Positions 1-11,368 of a stretch of 30,313 bases of DNA are shown piece after piece (position 1 is the stretch's first letter; each line of letters starts with the position of its first letter). Made by a program: the position numbers and the translations under genes. The notes beneath the pieces were generated by a model. The model searched no databases and had not been told where the DNA came from. It saw nothing but the letters and a program-made list of their open reading frames with translations. Source of the DNA: Macrostomum lignano (Eukaryota); NCBI GenBank assembly GCA_002269645.1, contig NIVC01004953.1:1-30313 (forward strand). The letters are read 5' to 3'.

Positions 1-249
1 CGGATTTTGAACCCGGGAACTCCAATCCCTAGAACTATTTTTGAAAGTATTCTAAAATCTGAAGTCATACTTAAAAAAAAATTTTTAATAGTTAGGAATT
101 TAGGATAGAGTTAAACATAAAATAGAGTACATTCATGTAAAATTAGTATTTGAAGCAAACATTAATATTTTTGGTTAGGGTGCTGCGCAGAATGTCAGGC
201 AAACTCATGGCCTCTGCCTCTCCTTGTGTCCTTGGAAGTTGGATCCTTA

Positions 250-1950
250 GAAACTTCTATCTCTACCTTCTCTTCTGTTTTCTTTCTTCTCTCTGGTCTG
301 TGGTCTCTTCTCTCTCTCCTCTATCCCCTCTTCTCGCGTCTATTCCCTCTTATTCTTTTCTCTCCTCTCCTCTCCTCTCTTGTCTCTGCTCTACTCTATC
401 TTCTCTCTGCTCTCTACTCTATCTTCTCTCTGCTCTCTACTCTATCTTCTCTCTGCTCTCTACTATCTTCTCTCTGCTCTCTACTCTATCTTCTCTCTGC
501 TCTCTACTCTATCTTCTCTCTGCTCTCTACTCTATCTTCTCTCTGCTCTCTACTATTTCTCTCTGCTCTCTACTCTATCTTCTCTCTGCTCTCTACTATC
601 TTCTCTCTGCTCTCTACTCTATCTTCCCTCTGCTCTCCACTCTATCTTCTCTCTGCTCTCTACTCTATCTTCCCTCTGCTCTCTACTCCATCTTCTCTCT
701 GCTCTCTACTCTATCTTCCCTCTGCTCTCTACTCTATCTTCCCTCTGCTCTCTATTCTATCTTCTCTCTGCTCTCTACTCTATCTTCCCTCTGCTCTCCA
801 CTCTATCTTCTCTCTGCTCTCTACTCTATCTTCCCTCTGCTCTCTACTCCATCTTCTCTCTGCTCTCTACTCTATCTTCCCTCTGCTCTCTACTCTCCTC
901 TCTCCTCTCCTCTCCTCCCTCTCCCTCTTCTCACTCCTTACTCTACCCTCTCCGAACACTTCTCTCTCCTTTCTCCTCTCCTCCCTCCTCTGTACTCTGT
1001 ACTCTCTCGTCTTTCTCCTCTCCTCTCTTCTATCGTCTCTTCCCCCACCTCTCCTCTCTCGTCTTTGCTCTCTTATCTATCTCTCCTTTCTCTTCTTTTA
1101 TCTTTTCTCTCTTCTCTCTTCTCATTTCTCTCTGCATGCTCTCTACCTCTATCTCTCCCTCTCTCCTCTCCCCTCTCTCATCTCTCTCTCATCCTTTCCC
1201 CTCTTTCCCCTGTCCTCTCGATTCTCTCCCTTCCCCTCCTCTCTCCTCACTCACTTCTCTCTCTCCCTTTGTCTCACCTTTCATCTCTCATCTCTTATTT
1301 CTTATCTATCCTCTTTTCTCTCTACTCTACCATCTCTCGTGTGTTCACTCTCGTCTTTGCTCTCTCAGTCTCATCTTCCCTCTCTCATCTGTCATCCTTA
1401 CTCTCGTATACTCGTATGTTCTCACCTCTCTCCTCTGTACTCTTCTCTTTCCCCTCATCTGACTCCTATCTCCGCTCTCCTCTCTCCTCTCAGATATCGT
1501 GTTCACTTTCATCCCCTCTCTTTTCTGTCATCTGTACTCTCCAATCTTCAGTGTACTCTTCTCTTTACCCTCTTCTGATTCCTCTCTTTCCTTACTCCTC
1601 TTCTCTTCTCTCTTCTATACTCTCTCCCCTCTATTCTCTTCTCTCGCCTTTCTGCACTCTGCTCTCTCCTCCTTCATCTCTCATCTCTACTCTCTTCTCA
1701 CTCTTCTCTGCTCTCCTCTGTCATCGATCCTGTCTCATCTCTCCCATCTTCTCTCTCCCTCTTCTCACTTCTACTCTTTCCTCTCCCTTCTCTCTCCCCT
1801 CCTCTCGCTTCTTACTCCAATATTATCTGCTCACTCCTTATCCTTACCCCATCGTCTCTCTTCTTGTCTTCTATCTTTTCTCTTATCCTCCTCTCGCTTC
1901 TCCTCTCTTCTTATAGTCTATTCCTTCTCCTTTTCACTCTTATCTCATCA
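250..1950. repeat. Polypyrimidine (CT-rich) low-complexity tract
   Basis: About 1.7 kb almost entirely C/T on the + strand. The Leu/Ser-rich ORFs in three frames are a by-product of this composition. Confidence 0.95.
383..896. repeat. 23-bp minisatellite (CTCTCTGCTCTCTACTCTATCTT)n
   Basis: About 22 tandem units read directly, with 20-bp and point variants (ctccc, ctcca). Confidence 0.9.
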
Positions 1951-2574
1951 GCCATGAGCTTGGTTCTTTATCTGGCATTTGAGGTTAAAGTCTGCCAATC
2001 CCCGCTTCGAAAGCGTTTGTGGGGCGTAGTACTCTCATGGTTGTTATGCTTTAATCACATCATATTTCTGGCCAATTAGCAGCCCTGAGAGGAATTTGTG
2101 TATCTCCCTCCAGCCCAGCTCCACCACCACAGTCTGCAGCAGTCTAGCAACCAAGGAAATACGTATTTCTTAGGAGCCATTTAAATTTTAAAGTACCTTA
2201 TGCGAATCTTAATGTTAAAATTTTCATGGTGTAACTAATTTAGTAGGATTGCATTGTAATCACTACTAATCAGTTATTAATTTTTCGCTATTTTTACAAA
2301 CCATCCCACATCGCCTTGATTTGCCATCCACTGTTAAACTGCTGCAGACTTGTCTATACAGAGGACACTGGTTTGAATCTCTCGCTAAACTGTCATGGCT
2401 AAACGTAGCCTCTCCACGCGCGGGTTGCGGCAGAAGGCTATTGAAAAGTTATTCCAAAACACTGTACATTCGCTATGTACATTGAGCCCTATCGCCTGAC
2501 CCTTCGTCTGGACTGGGGGAATGAGTGAGTGAGCGGCATAAACAACAGAAAAAGCAGACAAAATTCACATGCTT

Positions 2575-3150
2575 TTAGTTTCTGTCCTGATTAAGATACG
2601 GAGTTGAGACTTTACATTCAGACAGAGAATGAGTTAATAAAGTATTGTGTCAAATTTGAAGCCAATCGCCTCACGTTGAGCAAAGTTATGGCAGCCGAAA
2701 GTTAGTCATTTTAAAACCTATTTACACCCTTTGCCCGGATCGGGAGAGGCAGGCGGGCGGAGGTTGGGGTGGCTGCCTCGCTGAAAAAAAACAGCCTAAC
2801 TTTAAAAGTGCACAGCGCCGTTTAGGATTAACTTTGAGACTTAAAATTTTACATGATTGTGTCAAAATAGTTGAAGATTGATTGTGTCAAATTTGAAGAA
2901 CATCGGTAGAAGTGGCGCGGCGCTATGAAGGATTTAGTGGAAAAATCGCGCATTTTGAGCAGTTTTTTGCAATTTTAGGTATGAAGACTCAAATTTAGGA
3001 AATTTAAAGATAGCCTAAGACATTCTCCGTAGTGAGTTTAGGGTGGGTGCAAAATTTGGTGTCATTTGGTCGGGTGGTTTGGGAGTCTATAGCGAACAAA
3101 ATTGTCCACAGACAGACAGACAGACACACACAGACAGACAGAGTTTTGAT
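2575..3150. mobile_element. Possible non-autonomous repeat remnant (Helentron/HINE-like) ending in an (ACAG)n microsatellite
   Basis: (ACAG)n/(AC)n run at about 3108-3141, preceded by repeated attgtgtcaaa motifs (2645, 2856, 2881). The family assignment rests on general resemblance only. Confidence 0.3.
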
Positions 3151-3289
3151 TTTAAAATGTAGACGAGTGGAACTCCTCCTCTGGAGAAGAAAGGGGAAGA
3201 ACTCCCATCACCGGAATTCTGAAGGGGAAGAACTCCTATCAGCTGAAATTCCATGAATTGAATCCCATCTTCCAAATCCTCTACAATCT

Positions 3290-4355
3290 ATCAACTCCCA
3301 TCTCTCATCTCTTGCGCCCTGCGCTCTGATTTTTATTTTTACTCTCTTCTTTCTCCTCACTAATTACTCCTCTCTACACTTTCATCTCTCTCATCTCTGA
3401 TCTTTCATCTCTCTTCTCCCTACTCTCTCCCTTCTCTCGCTTCTCTCTCTCCTCTATTCCTACTATTCTCGCTTATCTCTTCTGTCTCTTTTCTCATCTC
3501 TACTCCCTTATTTATCTCTTCTCCCTCGTCTTTCGTCTGTACCCTCTCCTGTCTACTCTCCTATCTTCTCTCTTATCTCTCCCCTTTTCTCTCCTCTCTC
3601 ATATCTCATCTCTACTCACTTATCTATCGTCTCCGCTCTACTTTCTCTCTTCCCTTTTCTCTCTTCTCTCTGCTCTCATTTCTCGTATCTCTTATACGCT
3701 CTCACCCTCTCCTTTCTTATCTACCATCTTTCTTCCCTCCTTTCTACTGCATCACCTGTCTCCTCTCCTCTCTTTTCTCTCCTCTCCATTCTCTCTTCTC
3801 TCCTCTCATCTCCCCTCATCTCTTCTCTAATCTCGAATCTCTCCTCCCTCATATCTCTTCTCTACTCACTTATCTATTCTCTCTCCTCTGCTCCCCTTTT
3901 ACACTTTCCTATATGCTCTCACTCTCACCCTCTCCTTTCTTATCTCCTGTTTTTTACACTCCTTTCTACCACCTGTCTCCTCTTGTTTCTCTCCTCTCTG
4001 CACTCTCATCTTTACCCTCTTCTTTCTCCTCACTACTTTCTTCTCTTAAATCTCTGATCTCTGATCTTTCATCTCTCTCCTCTCACCTCTCTCCTCTCTT
4101 TCCTCTCTTCTATTGCCTCTGTACGCTCTTATCCCTCTTTTCTTCTCTCTCCTGTCTCCTCTCTGCTATCTCATATCTCCTCTCTCATATCCTCTCCCTT
4201 CATCTCCTCTCTCCTCTTCTCTTCTCTCTCCTTCGTTCCCGCCTTACTCCCCTCTTCTCTCCCATCTGTCATGTCTAATCTCTCCACTCATTTCTACTCT
4301 GTTTTCTATCATCTCATCTCTCTTCTCTTTTCATTCTTCTCTTTACTCTCTTCTC
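3290..4355. repeat. Second polypyrimidine (CT-rich) low-complexity tract
   Basis: About 1.05 kb of C/T-dominated sequence on the + strand, same polarity as the first tract. Confidence 0.95.
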
Positions 4356-4379
4356 TGACTGATTGAAGATGCCAAATCC

Positions 4380-4860
4380 ATCAAGATCCTCTCCGCGAAG
4401 CAGAAATCCTCTCCGTGAAACTGGACTCCTTCGAAATCCTCTCCGTGAAACTTAAATTCATCAAAATCGTCTCCATAAAGCAGAAATCAATCATAAATTA
4501 TCTCCGCGAAACAGAAATCCTCTCCGTGAAGCTGAACATCATCGAAATCCTCTCCGTGAAACTGAACATCATCGAAATCCTTTCCACGAAACTGAACACC
4601 ATCGAAATCCTCTCCACGAAACAGAAATCCTCTCCGTGAAGCTGAACATCATCGAAATCCTCTCCGTGAAACTGAACATCATCGAAATCCTTTCCACGAA
4701 ACTGAACACCATCGAAATCCTCTCCACGAAACAGAAATCCTCTCCGTGAAGCTGAACATCATCGAAATCCTCTCCGTGAAGCTGAACATCATCGAAATCC
4801 TCTCCGTGAAACTGAACACCATCGAAATCCTCTCCACGAAACAGAAATCCTCTTCGTCAA
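4380..4860. repeat. 30/20-bp minisatellite with 110-bp higher-order repeat
   Basis: Core atcgaaatcctctccgtgaaactgaacatc. Blocks 4511-4620 and 4621-4730 are identical 110-mers, and 4731-4840 is a near-identical third. Confidence 0.9.
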
Positions 4861-4942
4861 ATTTTAAACATTGAAATCGTCTCCGCTAAACTGGACTCAA
4901 TCGAATTTTTTCCGTCAAACAACTCAACTCTCCGGATTCATT

Positions 4943-4978
4943 GGTTAGGGTTAGGGTTAGGGTTAGGGTTAGGGTTAG
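4943..4978 (+). repeat. Interstitial telomeric repeat (GGTTAG)6 / (TTAGGG)n
   Basis: Six perfect GGTTAG units read directly. Confidence 0.95.
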
Positions 4979-5899
4979 AACTACGCACAGCTTCGTGTTA
5001 AAAGACAACTGATAAAAATATTGAAATAATTGAATCAATTCATTGCGCAACCGATTTCACAGTCAGTCAGTATCAGTCTCAGTTAAAGTTAACAAAAACA
5101 TTGCGCAATTGCGCAATCTAAACCAACCCTCCAATACACAGCAGCAGTGAGAAGTTGAACCCTCCCCCAACTTTATCTATTACGTCTCGCAAAACTGAGT
5201 ACAATTTTTTGCAGAAAGTTAAAAAAGTATGGAAATAGTTTTTTAAATGCGGTGCTTTTTCTTTTCATATATAAAGCAAACAACTTTTATCCCCGAACTC
5301 AGCGTTGCAAGATCTTTCCAGCAATATAAGTGTCTCCTCTCAAAGTTTAAAACTCGAGGAACAGTTAGCGTTTGAAATTTACCGATTTCCCGACTGCTTG
5401 CTAGAGATAGAGAAGCTCGCAAGTTTATTCATTGAATTTCACTGCCAAACTAATACACAGGGCTGCCTATGGAAAAAAGGCGCCAACAATAAAACCAAAT
5501 GAATCTCGACACAGTCTATCTGTTTACACTGTACAACTGCTATGTACACTCAACCCAAGCCCAACCCCCGTTCTGGGGGAAGCATTAACTTGACCTCAAC
5601 CCCCCAACATGCGGGGGGTTTTATTTGCATTGAACGCACGCAGAACACGCGCACCCACCACCCCTCAATACACAGCGACCCGCGGGCGGAGGTTGGGGTG
5701 GCTTTTTTTACAAACTGGCTGCAGCCCCAGTCAGAGTGGCCAAAGAAGGTTATTGGTGGCTGAAAAAGCAGTTTTCTGCTTTTTTAGGGATGTTAAAATG
5801 TGAAAATTAAAATAGCCTAAAGCCTGCTCCGGAAAATTTGCAGTTTTCCCATATAAGTTTCGACGCTGACTTGCCAGAATTGTAGGAGTTCACTTACAA

Positions 5900-5940
5900 C
5901 ATACAGACAGACAAGACAGACAGACAGACAGACAAACATC
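5900..5940. repeat. (ACAG)n microsatellite, possibly part of a repeat related to the one at about 3110
   Basis: catacagacagacaagacagacagacagacagacaaac. Confidence 0.8.
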
Positions 5941-6722
5941 GCGTCAGTTTTAGTATTAGGGCAGGGGAGGGGAGGAGAGATATATAGAAATATGCCATAT
6001 GCACATACTTGTAGTTGTTTCCGTCATATTTTATTCCATTCGTGTTTGGATTCTCCCTCTCGAGCTGAATAAAAATGCCCGGTTCCGCTTTCAAGTTTCA
6101 GTAGCTCAAACGGGCCTTTATTCCACCTGTTGAAAAAAATCGTCTTTGCAAATAACTTTTTCTGGTGGCAGTAAACACACGCTCTCTAAAACTTTCTGCC
6201 CAAAAAGCTTGTGATTTCGTTAAATTAACAATAGTCCTGCCTGTTCGCTGAAGGCTCTGTCCACAGTTAGTTTTATCGAGTGCTTACCAAGCCTTTGCTA
6301 AGAATTCATTAACTGTTACCATAACAACTCACCATTTGCAATCATGAAAAGTGCCTCTTAGTTTACTGCATGATTGAGTAGCTATCCTCTTGATGAACCT
6401 ATCGTTTTATGAAGGATTGGGGTGCAAGCCTACTGCGGCAGCAATTGCTGTGAGTAGAGAACCAAAGCTGTTTTTTATATGTTTGCATAATCTGATTCTA
6501 GTTGTCTCTAGTGGCACAGAGTGGCATACAATTAGCATAGCTCGTAGAACAGAACACTGCTGAAAGTCGCTCGATTAAATGAGAAGACTAGAAGCACCCA
6601 TGCACTTTTGATGTGAATTAATTCATTTAATTAGAAGATAGAAGCATAGAGAATTTATTATTATTAAAGAATCTTTTTTCAGAAAGTTTCATAAGCCGAC
6701 TCAGTATAATCTCTTGCGGTCT

Positions 6723-8012
6723 TTAGGTGTACGGTTGGATGACGAAAACTCCAATAAGAGCTGCAGTGGCGGCCACTCCCATAGCAACCATGAGTCGTTC
6801 GACAGCGTGCGTAGCAACCACCCAATCGGATCGAACAACTGGAGTGTCCTCTTCATCAGTACTGTTCTTTTTTTCGATGCTAGTCCCATTCTTGATCTCG
6901 ACCTTGTTGATTTTGGCAGCACCGCCAACGCAGAACACTCGAGCCAAGAAGCCAATCAAAACGGCACGCATGCAGGCCGACATCCGATTGCCCTCCGGAG
7001 CGAAGTGCAGACGCATAATTAGCGACGTTAGTAGCAGAGATATCGTCGACAAGGTCATAGCGGCCGTGATGAACGAAGCGATCGCTGGTGTTGTCTGCGA
7101 CTTGGGCACGATGCTGTCCAGCAGAAGAAGGAACACAGTGTAGCTGAGCATGATTGTGATGCCGAATCCTAGCTTCTCGCCAGACTCCAGGGGCACAAAG
7201 TATACCAGCACTTGTAGCAAAGTCAGCAGTAGCAGTGGTGTGATGATGTTCATAAAGTAGTAGGCGGAGACTCTCTCGATCTCCAGACGGATCACATAAG
7301 TTGGTAGAAGCACATCCGGTGCACCTTGAACGAGTTTGTACGGCTTCCGTTCGGACGACGTCGACGCATTCACCAACTTCCATTCGCTGTTCATCCGATA
7401 AAGTCCGTCTATTTGGAATGGCGTCAAATTGTTCTTGACAGGAATCAGCATTTGGTTGTCATGGCCCTGGTCGTTGAAGAAGAACTCGAGCTCGCAGACG
7501 TGCTTGTCTATGGGGAATTTGCTCACGTCGAACTCACACGAGAATTCGAACTCTCGACGCCATCCCGCGATGACTCTGGTAAGGTTGGACTGGATCGACC
7601 TTAGATACACTGGCATCTGCGGAGTGAGCATCTGGTTGTCTCCGATGCCATTATAGATGAGGATGACAGGAAACCAGACATTCGAATTGTCCCAGTTAAT
7701 CACGGTTAGGTTCCCAAACTTGGCCGGATCCCAGACCAGACGCTCCTCGGTCCAGCCGGCCATTACGAAAGCCCCAATCTTGACGCTTTGCTTGGCACTG
7801 TCTACTGATACCAGCTGGGTCAATGATGTGTCCATAGTGATGTAAGTAGGCTTGTAGGCGTTAATTGTGGGTCGCAGCAGCGGACTATAGTTGGTGATAT
7901 TGTTCTTCAAGTACTGCAGCAGCTCGTGTTGCAGATCTCTATCTTGAGCTGAGCCGCCACAAGTGGCAGCTAAAATCGCTGTGGCGACTAGTAGAATTTC
8001 GCGTACGGACAT
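6723..8012 (-). CDS. Cys-loop ligand-gated ion channel subunit, nAChR-like non-alpha (array copy 1, intact, 429 aa)
   Basis: Uninterrupted ORF with ATG at 8012 (MSVREILLVATAILAATCGG signal peptide). Cys-loop CEFDVSKFPIDKHVC (C-x13-C), four hydrophobic helices, M2 GEKLGFGITIMLSYTVFLLLL, no vicinal CC. Confidence 0.93.
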   Translation of the reverse strand: MSVREILLVATAILAATCGGSAQDRDLQHELLQYLKNNITNYSPLLRPTINAYKPTYITMDTSLTQLVSVDSAKQSVKIGAFVMAGWTEERLVWDPAKFGNLTVINWDNSNVWFPVILIYNGIGDNQMLTPQMPVYLRSIQSNLTRVIAGWRREFEFSCEFDVSKFPIDKHVCELEFFFNDQGHDNQMLIPVKNNLTPFQIDGLYRMNSEWKLVNASTSSERKPYKLVQGAPDVLLPTYVIRLEIERVSAYYFMNIITPLLLLTLLQVLVYFVPLESGEKLGFGITIMLSYTVFLLLLDSIVPKSQTTPAIASFITAAMTLSTISLLLTSLIMRLHFAPEGNRMSACMRAVLIGFLARVFCVGGAAKINKVEIKNGTSIEKKNSTDEEDTPVVRSDWVVATHAVERLMVAMGVAATAALIGVFVIQPYT

Positions 8013-8157
8013 TGTGTCGATGTGTCGATACGGTGTAAGAGGCAAATGTTGGTTACTGCTTTCTACTCTATATCATCATAGAAAGCAGAGTTGAAGAAAA
8101 GATCCTATAGGATAGCTGTTTAGTCAATAACGCGTCTGGTCTACCAGTGCTGAATCA

Positions 8158-8171
8158 ATCGCCATGGCAAC
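8158..8171. promoter_or_regulatory. X-box (RFX)-like motif about 150 bp upstream of copy 1 ATG
   Basis: ATCGCCATGGCAAC versus consensus GTHNYYATRRNAAC: one mismatch, perfect 3' half. Confidence 0.3.
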
Positions 8172-9147
8172 GAGTGGAACTGCTGTAATTGAATTAATTT
8201 CATTTGTGGAGGTACTCTTGTGTGCAATATAACTGGTGACGTTGCTTCCGTGTTTGACTAAATATCCCTTACCCCCTGAGCGCACGAATCCTCCGTGTGT
8301 TAGTAAACGAGAAAGCTGGTAAAATATACATTATCAACTACTGCATGGTAGTAGTAAAGAGAAACTCTTCAAAATGTTTGAAAGGGGCTGTCAACTTAAG
8401 CACTGTAAGTATATAGAAGTAAGTAAGCTCGAATTAGATTTCTAAAAAAACTGACAAACCGACTGGCTGAAATAAATAACGAAAAATCCTATCAATGCAA
8501 GTTCGTTTCTGGAACTCTCTTAGAGAATATCTCCGACTTGTCCGTCTATGTATATATTTTATCCGGAGCCTCACTTCGGCCTCCATTCCAGAGCGTTTAG
8601 TTGGTATCCCTTTTATTAGAATATTTCGCTTTACAATGCAGATGCGAAATCGAAAATATACTCTCAACCTTTTAACGGGAATTCCAACGGGTATGTAAAA
8701 AGACCAACATCTTCCAACATTTTCCAACATCAAAATGTACAAAAAATAGATAAACTACTACTTCATATTAGTGGCGTAGATAATATATTGAGTATATTAT
8801 ACGTAAGCAGATAGCAGCGTGTGTGTATTCCGTCCTATAATAAGCATAAAGGACGCCATAAATAAATAATTATTTTAGTTGACAGCGCCCAAGCCGGAAA
8901 AATTATTTCTTTTTAGTAGCGGTTCCTGCAGCCAGCAACGCATCTGAGTCTTGTCCTGAGTCCCGGGTTCGATTCCGTGCGGGTAAGTACCGTTAATAAA
9001 ATCAACATTAATAATTTATGTATGTCATGACAATTTTAAAGCAAGAATATCAAGATGAGTTGCAAAACCAGTTAATAATTTTGCAACACTAATAAAAACA
9101 ACCATAAAATTAGTTCTCACAGTTGTTAACAGCATTGTGTTGTTTAG

Positions 9148-10428
9148 TTAGTTAATTAACAGTGGCCTCAGCAGGAATGCCCCAATAATAGCGGCGGTAG
9201 CAACAACGCCCATTAGCGACATGAGCCTCTCGATTGCTCGACCTGCTACTTCCCAGTCCGATTCTGACGCTTCTTTTTCACTTGGCCTCCGGGCATTTTC
9301 GTTCTCTGTATAGCCTTCGACAGCAATTTGATTGGTCTTCTGTGATGCCCTAGTGGCGCCGCTGACGCAGAGCAGGCGGCCCAGGTATCGAACAAAGACC
9401 GTCCGAGCGCATTCCGGCATGCGGCTGCCCTCCGGCCTGAAGTGGAACAGCATGGTCAGCGAGGTCAGCAGCAGCGACACGGTAGACAGCACCATGGCGG
9501 CCGTGATGAACAGGGCGATGGCGGGCATCTTGTGCGACTTCGGCAGGATTCCGTCCAGAAGCAGCAAGAACACAGTGTAGCTGAGCATGATTGTGATGCC
9601 GAATCCCAGCTTCTCACCGGACTCCAGGGGCACAAAGTACACCAGCACTTGGAGCAGGGCGAGCAGCAACAGAGGAATTATAATGTTAATTACATAATAG
9701 GTTGATATCCTTTTAATTTTTAATACGACTCTGTAAATGGGTAGTTTAAGAGTGGATTCCATTTCTTCATAAATGTCATATGTTTGGGTCAATATGCTGA
9801 CTGTAGCAGTTTCGAGATTCCATTCTTTACTATGCTGGTAAATGCCTAGAAGCTTGTACTTGATACGCGGAACCGCTGGATGCGTCAAGTTTTGATAGTA
9901 TGCGTCAGTGGCGAATAATTTTATTTCGCAAGTGTGTCGATCAAATGGAAACTCGGCCATGTTGTACGCGCAAAAAAAATCGAACTCACGTCGCCAAGTG
10001 GCTATCACCTCAGACAAATTGGGAGTTTTCGACTTTAATCCAACAAACACCTTCGGCACCAATGTCTGATCATTGCCGTTGCCATTGTAGACTATGATGA
10101 TCGGGTGCCAAATCTGTTCAGCTTCCCATCGGGTGTACACGGTATTGCCGAAGTCTTCTGGGTTCCACACGAGTCGCTCTTCCTCCCAACTGGCTTCAAC
10201 GTATGCTGACACCTTCATGCTTTGCTTAGCTGTGTCCACGGAGACAATGTGGCTCAGCAAGAAGTTCAGCGATATGTTCAACATCTTGGTTTTGTCGATT
10301 CGTGGAAAATGCAACGGATTGTGATCGGTATTGTTTTTTAGATATTTTAGCAGCTTGGCGTCAAAGTCGACAGTCGTTGGCGTAACAGCTATTAGAAGAC
10401 ATAAAAGGATCGCTGTTCTAGCGAGCAT
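9148..10428 (-). CDS. Cys-loop ligand-gated ion channel subunit, nAChR-like non-alpha (array copy 2, intact, 426 aa)
   Basis: Uninterrupted ORF with likely ATG at 10428 (MLARTAILLCLLIAVTP signal peptide). Cys-loop CAYNMAEFPFDRHTC, same M2, four TM helices. Confidence 0.93.
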   Translation of the reverse strand: MLARTAILLCLLIAVTPTTVDFDAKLLKYLKNNTDHNPLHFPRIDKTKMLNISLNFLLSHIVSVDTAKQSMKVSAYVEASWEEERLVWNPEDFGNTVYTRWEAEQIWHPIIIVYNGNGNDQTLVPKVFVGLKSKTPNLSEVIATWRREFDFFCAYNMAEFPFDRHTCEIKLFATDAYYQNLTHPAVPRIKYKLLGIYQHSKEWNLETATVSILTQTYDIYEEMESTLKLPIYRVVLKIKRISTYYVINIIIPLLLLALLQVLVYFVPLESGEKLGFGITIMLSYTVFLLLLDGILPKSHKMPAIALFITAAMVLSTVSLLLTSLTMLFHFRPEGSRMPECARTVFVRYLGRLLCVSGATRASQKTNQIAVEGYTENENARRPSEKEASESDWEVAGRAIERLMSLMGVVATAAIIGAFLLRPLLIN

Positions 10429-11199
10429 TTTGCCACGAGACAGGGCTTTGCTTTGAATTGATCGGTTAATTGTAAGTTGCTCGGTTTTCCACTGCAGCCA
10501 TATATATACAGCACCAGAGATCTCGCAACTCATCACCCTGGCGTGCTAGTGTAAATTCTAGATTGATTCTTATTTGAATTTCATTTAGGTAATTCAATAG
10601 ATCAAATATCGTAAAGTTAGCTGCTTATATTGGTCTGATATTCCAATTAGCAGATCCCTGACCTCGTTTGACGTCGTTATTTGCATAGAAACTTTTCATC
10701 GCTGCATTTTCTGGTCTGGGTGCGGTCTGCAGTAGCGAACTATCTTTAGCACGGATACGCGCGGCGCACCTTTATATAGCATTCTCGGATATGTATTCCA
10801 TGTATGCTAGCATGTTGCAAAAGGATGCTAATGAAATTTACGTGAATATTATGTGTATAGCTACTATCTGTTTAATTAATAAATTGGATAAATCCTACAA
10901 GCATTCTTCGCTCCCTTTCAAAGCCATGTCGTTTTGAAGTTGAATTTTAGTCTATACAGCAGGTGACAAAATCAAACTAACCTGTCCGTTGGGTCTTATA
11001 AATCAAGAGCAGCCCGGCACGCAGGCCGTGCCTCAAAGCTAAATCTGCGGCGCGGGTGTCGGCCAGCAGGCAGTCTACAGAGCGCCGAGTTCGCGTCTGT
11101 CCTCGCCCGAGTAACAGTCCAATTTGGCAACAGACCATCTCGGCGACAACCATTTCGACGAAATTAACAAGAAGTTCAATTTTAAACGAATCGTAATGA

Positions 11200-11334
11200 T
11201 CTCTGTCTCTCTCTCTCTCTCTGTGTATTCTTTGCGAGTATAAAATTATGTGATAAACAAATTCCGACTACCTTAATCGAATAAGCTAGTTGGCGAGAAT
11301 TTTCATTTTAAACAAATCGCAATGATCTCTCTCT

Positions 11335-11366
<32 letters not shown>
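11200..11366. repeat. Two (CT)n microsatellites, each preceded by a similar 24-bp motif
   Basis: ttttaaacgaatcgtaatgatctc (about 11180) and ttttaaacaaatcgcaatgatctc (about 11306), each running into (CT)n. Confidence 0.75.

Positions 11367-11368
<2 letters not shown>

Noticed and set aside
150-1957. Long Leu/Ser-rich ORFs (588, 450, 360, 152 aa) resembling membrane proteins
   Set aside because: They are open in all three frames with non-ATG starts because C/T-only sequence cannot form stop codons. They are translations of the repeat.
3913-4639. Leu/Ser-rich and EILSVKLNII-repeat ORFs
   Set aside because: They are translations of the CT tract and the 30-bp minisatellite.
4511-4840. CRISPR-like regular repeats
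   Set aside because: There are no unique spacers, the context is eukaryotic and no cas genes are present. It is a minisatellite.
8384-8890. Possible MITE bounded by gctgtcaact / agttgacagc
   Set aside because: Only a 10-bp inverted match, with no target-site duplication.
8930-8995. tRNA gene or SINE head (B-box GGTTCGATTCC at 8966-8976)
   Set aside because: No convincing A-box or cloverleaf could be built.
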